A DNA stretch of 11,857 bases, from contig NW_021826883.1 of assembly GCF_006345805.1 (NCBI RefSeq), positions 1-11,857 of the forward strand. The letters run 5' to 3'. A program made the translations under genes and the position numbers. Numbering within the stretch: the first letter of the stretch is position 1; each line of letters begins with the position of its first letter. Positions 8,243-11,857 of this stretch are shown in pieces. The notes below the pieces were generated by a model. It searched no databases, was not told where the DNA came from, and worked only from the letters and a program-made list of their open reading frames with translations. This DNA comes from Octopus sinensis. Its lineage: Eukaryota.

Positions 8243-8656
8243 CTTCCTTCCATAGACCCAGAGTGAGAAACAAAACTAGCTGTAGTGGGAATCTAATCAG
8301 TGTAGAACAGTTAAAATTTTTCAGTACTGTTGATGATCAATTCTTCGCGATTGTTCTAGAAGCTGTCGATTTCGGTACTGTTTCCTGAAGCTGGATCAAT
8401 TAGGTGACCTCTCCTAAATTATTAGACTAAATGTTTCCTGATTGGTACCGTTTCGAAAAAAGCCATCGATCTATCAAGCGTTATTTATGTTATCCTTGTT
8501 ACACATTTGGACAACTGCTCGTTTAGTTCAAGTTATGTGGACCTTTCTGTTTGAACTGACGTGGTAGGCGTCAACTGCTTTACTGCAGTATCAGCCAATA
8601 GCAAATTCTAGTTGGTCGGCACCACAAAGAAATAACAGGAGATGGTAACAGATGTA

Positions 8657-8990
8657 CACACACAAGCACAAACACACACACATACATGTAGTTAAGTTGT
8701 TTGTATGCATATATGAATAGGGACACACTTGTTCTTTTCTCCTTAATTTTTTCTCCCCATATTTCCTTTCCGTAGAAGAGCATAGGCTCGAACCGCTGAC
8801 GACTTCTTTGAAATTCATTTAATACACCCTCTTTGCATGTATTTTTTTGTTACCTCGACTTCTTGTTTTTCATTAGCTTTTTATTGTGTGTATGTGTGTA
8901 TGTGTGTGTGCCTTTGTGTGTATATATGTGTGTATGTGTGTGTATGTGTGTGTTCATGTGTGTATATGTGTGTACTATATACATGTATGA
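8657..8990. repeat. (CA)n tract (8657-8687) and (TG)/(TA) tract (8884-8990)
   Basis: Two separate dinucleotide tracts seen directly. The sequence between them is not repetitive. Confidence 0.88.
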
Positions 8991-9261
8991 GTGAAACTAC
9001 TACCACCATACACCCGTGAGCCGTAGAATACAGCTGATTACAGTTAGTTGCTCTCAGGAATAAGGACAACCCGGGTCGTGTATTAGTCTTCTGATTGGCC
9101 GCCGATGTCTGACCGCCGTTTAGGCCATTTCTTGCCACAATTTGGAAATGAGATTTGATCACAACCCATACGGATTAGTAACGAGTCGTTCTAGTGGCCC
9201 TTTATAAATATTATTAATAATACTATTATTATTGACATTGGCATCAGTATTGTTATTACTA

Positions 9262-9313
9262 TCATTATTATTATTATTATTATTATCATCATCATCATCA
9301 TCATCATCAGTAC

Positions 9314-9362
<49 letters not shown>
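9262..9362. repeat. Compound (ATT)n-(ATC)n-(AGT)n trinucleotide microsatellite
   Basis: Seen directly. It explains the poly-T/D/N ORF 9159..9407. Confidence 0.97.
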
Positions 9363-10316
9363 TATGATATGGCTATTATTACCTAGCCGATGATAACAAT
9401 GCTTCACTACGCGATCAGAGTAGCGGTGTTGAAGGCGACATTGTGTTATATTAAATACATTTGTTCGGTGGTCCTACTTTATTATTATTAGTGGCTAGCG
9501 AGAGTATGAATGAACGAGGCTAGTGAAAGAGATTTGTAATTGGATTATAGTGACAACAATTCACATTATAATATTGGTATGGGGAACCATTATCAGGTTT
9601 CTGGAAGAAGGACAAAGGTGATTTTTTCTCTCTTCAAATACCTCCTCTCATACTTGTCTTATCTTTCTCAGAACTCAATCATTTTTATTCCTCTTCTTAT
9701 ATTTTTAAAAAATATCTTTTCATATTTCCGTGTCTGTCATCATAGAGATTAATATGACAATACCGTATCATGAATAAACGGTCGTTTTTTTAACTCGTTC
9801 TACAGATATTTTTCTGCGAGAAGGCCTTTAACTTAATCTAAAATCTTACATCGTAATATTAATCTTATAATATTATCTCACACGTTAGATAAACTCTTCC
9901 CCGTCACTACGTGACACTAAAAATATATCACTCCCCCTCCCCCCATTTTCAATGCTTTTTCTCAACTGACACTTACTGATCGAGACTACCACTTGTCTCA
10001 GACAACTCTACTGATAATATTTAATTATATTAAAACCAATAACTATTATAGCTACCATCTATCCAAGTCCGGCATACTTGTAGATAGTGAAAAACCGTGT
10101 TCCGCTATCGTCTCCCTGACGCACTATATTTCAATTCGTTTCGGAATTTTTCTTTAAACAGTTACACGTATTATTAAAAGATATGTTAAAGGTTTAATTT
10201 CGAACAGTAAATTATTTTAATGTTGGATGTACCTCTTCTATTCCACCAAGCCCCGGCTAGAAATATCAATATGTTCATCAAATTGTAACATAACAACTCA
10301 AAAGAACGCTAGAGAT

Positions 10317-10580
<264 letters not shown>

Positions 10581-10692
10581 GACCGATAGACTAAGTACTT
10601 GGTTACGAAGAATAAGTCCTGGGCTCGATTTGCTCGACTAAAGGAGGTGCTCCAGCATGGCAGCAATCACATGACTGAAACAAGTAAAAAAG
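10581..10692 (+). mobile_element. 3' fragment of a SINE (third family)
   Basis: Aligns by hand at about 80% identity to the reverse complement of 10733-10847, the 3' end of the adjacent near-full-length copy. Confidence 0.85.
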
Positions 10693-10730
10693 TATATATA
10701 GATATACATGTATGTGTATATATATATCCT

Positions 10731-11085
10731 GTTATTCTTTTATTTGTTTCAGTCATTTGACAGCTGCCATGCTGGAGCACCGCCTTTAGTCGAAGAAATT
10801 GACCTAAGACCTTATTCTTTATAACCCTAGAACTTATTCTATCGATCTCTTTTGCAGAACCGCTAAGTTACGGGGACGTAAACACACCAACATCAGTTGT
10901 CAAGCTATGATGGGGGACAAACAGAGACCCACAAATCTATACATGTATATATACGACGGGCTTACCATATCTACTCACAAGGCTTTGGTTGGCCCGAGGC
11001 TATAGTTGAAGTCACTAAACCAAGGTGCCATGCAGTGGGACTGAACACAGAACCATGTGGTTGGTAAGAAGCTACTTACCACACA
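10731..11085 (-). mobile_element. Near-full-length tRNA-derived SINE (third family) lacking the extreme 5' end
   Basis: The minus strand starts GTGTGGTAAGTAGCTTCTTACC (partial A box). It then has B-box-like TGTTCAGTCCC (11048-11038), a CORE-like CACCTTGG..AGTGACTT block, an internal TA/TG tract and the 3' end GACTGAAACAAATAAAAGAATAAC. It matches a recalled abundant octopus SINE. The exact family name (OK/OR type) is not assigned. Confidence 0.85.
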
Positions 11086-11218
11086 CGAAGGTCCTCGCTT
11101 TGAGTAAAAGAAAATAAGGAGGATCAGTTAATTATGATTTTATTCAACAAGTTCCCCTCTCAGATTCACAAACTTGTTGCAGCGGTTCAGTTTTTCTAAG
11201 CCCTGTAAAAGAACTCGG
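11085..11218 (-). mobile_element. Mariner-derived non-autonomous element fragment (transposase C-terminus plus decayed TIR)
   Basis: The minus strand reads VLLQGLEKLNRCNKFVNLRGELVE* (stop at 11142-11140), matching the mariner terminus GIxKLxxRWxKCxxxxGxYVE. It is followed by an AT-rich subterminal region and a TIR-like remnant ACGAAGG..TCCTCGCTTTGAG on the + strand. Confidence 0.75.
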
Positions 11219-11751
11219 TCAAAAGCAACCAGCTTAATAATGCCGATATTAACATTATCACGGACTTAACGTATGTTTGTTGCTGACCGCTAACAGCTGT
11301 AGAATTTCATCCGGGTGAGATCCCTTTAGGAACATATAGGTTTAAAGAAAACAAGGTCTTTCTCAATGCCTATCTCAATGCGAAGCGAAATGAAACCATT
11401 CCGGACCTGATCGAGAATTGATGGATGCTCTATCTGATTGAGATAAACATTCTCATAAAACCGCAAATTTGTAGAAGTTTCTTATCACATTCGGCTTCAT
11501 TATGTTTTTTATTTTATTCTACAATTTTTTTATTAGTTGTATAGTTTCTAATAGCAGCGTTTCCGAACTTTCTCCCTTATATGCTTAATTTGATTTGCTA
11601 ATTAAGAATTTTATTTAATTTTTTAAATATTATTGAATATAATTAGAAAAATCTTACTTTATTATATATTTTATACAGTATATGAACAATCTTTGTTTAT
11701 ATGCTATGATGGATCTTGCATATATTTTTATAAGGACGTCGTTCGTAAATA

Positions 11752-11857
11752 CAGTAGAACCTCTCAGTACGAGTGACCTATTGTAGAAGTATTTTACTGT
11801 ACGAGCCGAGACCCGTACGAATTTTTGTCTTGAAGTACGAGCGAAAATCCGCAGTAC
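11752..11857 (+). mobile_element. Left end of a pogo/Tigger-like DNA transposon or MITE (runs off the window)
   Basis: TA at 11750-11751 is followed by CAGTAGAACCTC, a typical Tigger/pogo terminus, and by repeated subterminal GTACGAG/A motifs. The right TIR is not visible. Confidence 0.7.

Noticed and set aside
7785-8255. 156-aa + strand ORF
   Set aside because: It is mostly the antisense of the GC-rich RTE fragment and crosses the TSD boundary.
8557-9250. Promoter-like motifs: TGACGTGG 8557, CCAAT 8595, CTGATTGGCC 9091, TATAAA 9203, TCAGT 9244
   Set aside because: These short motifs are expected by chance. TATA-to-Inr spacing is about 43 nt rather than about 30, and no downstream exon is evident.
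11264-11338. Minus-strand peptide YMFLKGSHPDEILQLLAVSNKHTLS resembles a transposase N-terminal helix-turn-helix.
   Set aside because: It is too short, is surrounded by stops, and has no catalytic-domain continuation or TIR to support it.

Overview
This is AT-rich, microsatellite-dense, non-coding eukaryotic DNA. The SINE, CR1, RTE and MITE sequences and the (TA)/(TG)/(TATC) load look like an octopod (Octopus) genome; that is inferred from recalled repeat families, not from a search. I found no intact host gene, RNA gene or CRISPR array. Only one listed ORF is real coding sequence: 7928-8224 (-), the C-terminus of a 5'-truncated RTE LINE with 12-bp TSDs. The other ORFs are microsatellite or antisense-TE artefacts. 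Mobile elements: (i) a retroelement stack at about 1045-2800, made of an old CR1/L2-type RT remnant with a TSD-flanked tRNA-SINE inserted in it, a probable Penelope remnant with decayed hammerhead-like motifs, and a CR1 3' end; (ii) three SINE families that share modules; (iii) a tail-to-tail inverted SINE pair; (iv) a mariner-derived fragment; (v) the left end of a pogo/Tigger-like element. I cannot claim a new biological system. The best leads are the Penelope hammerhead-like region, the inverted SINE hairpin, the young RTE as a horizontal-transfer candidate, and a CAG|GTAA candidate recursive splice site.
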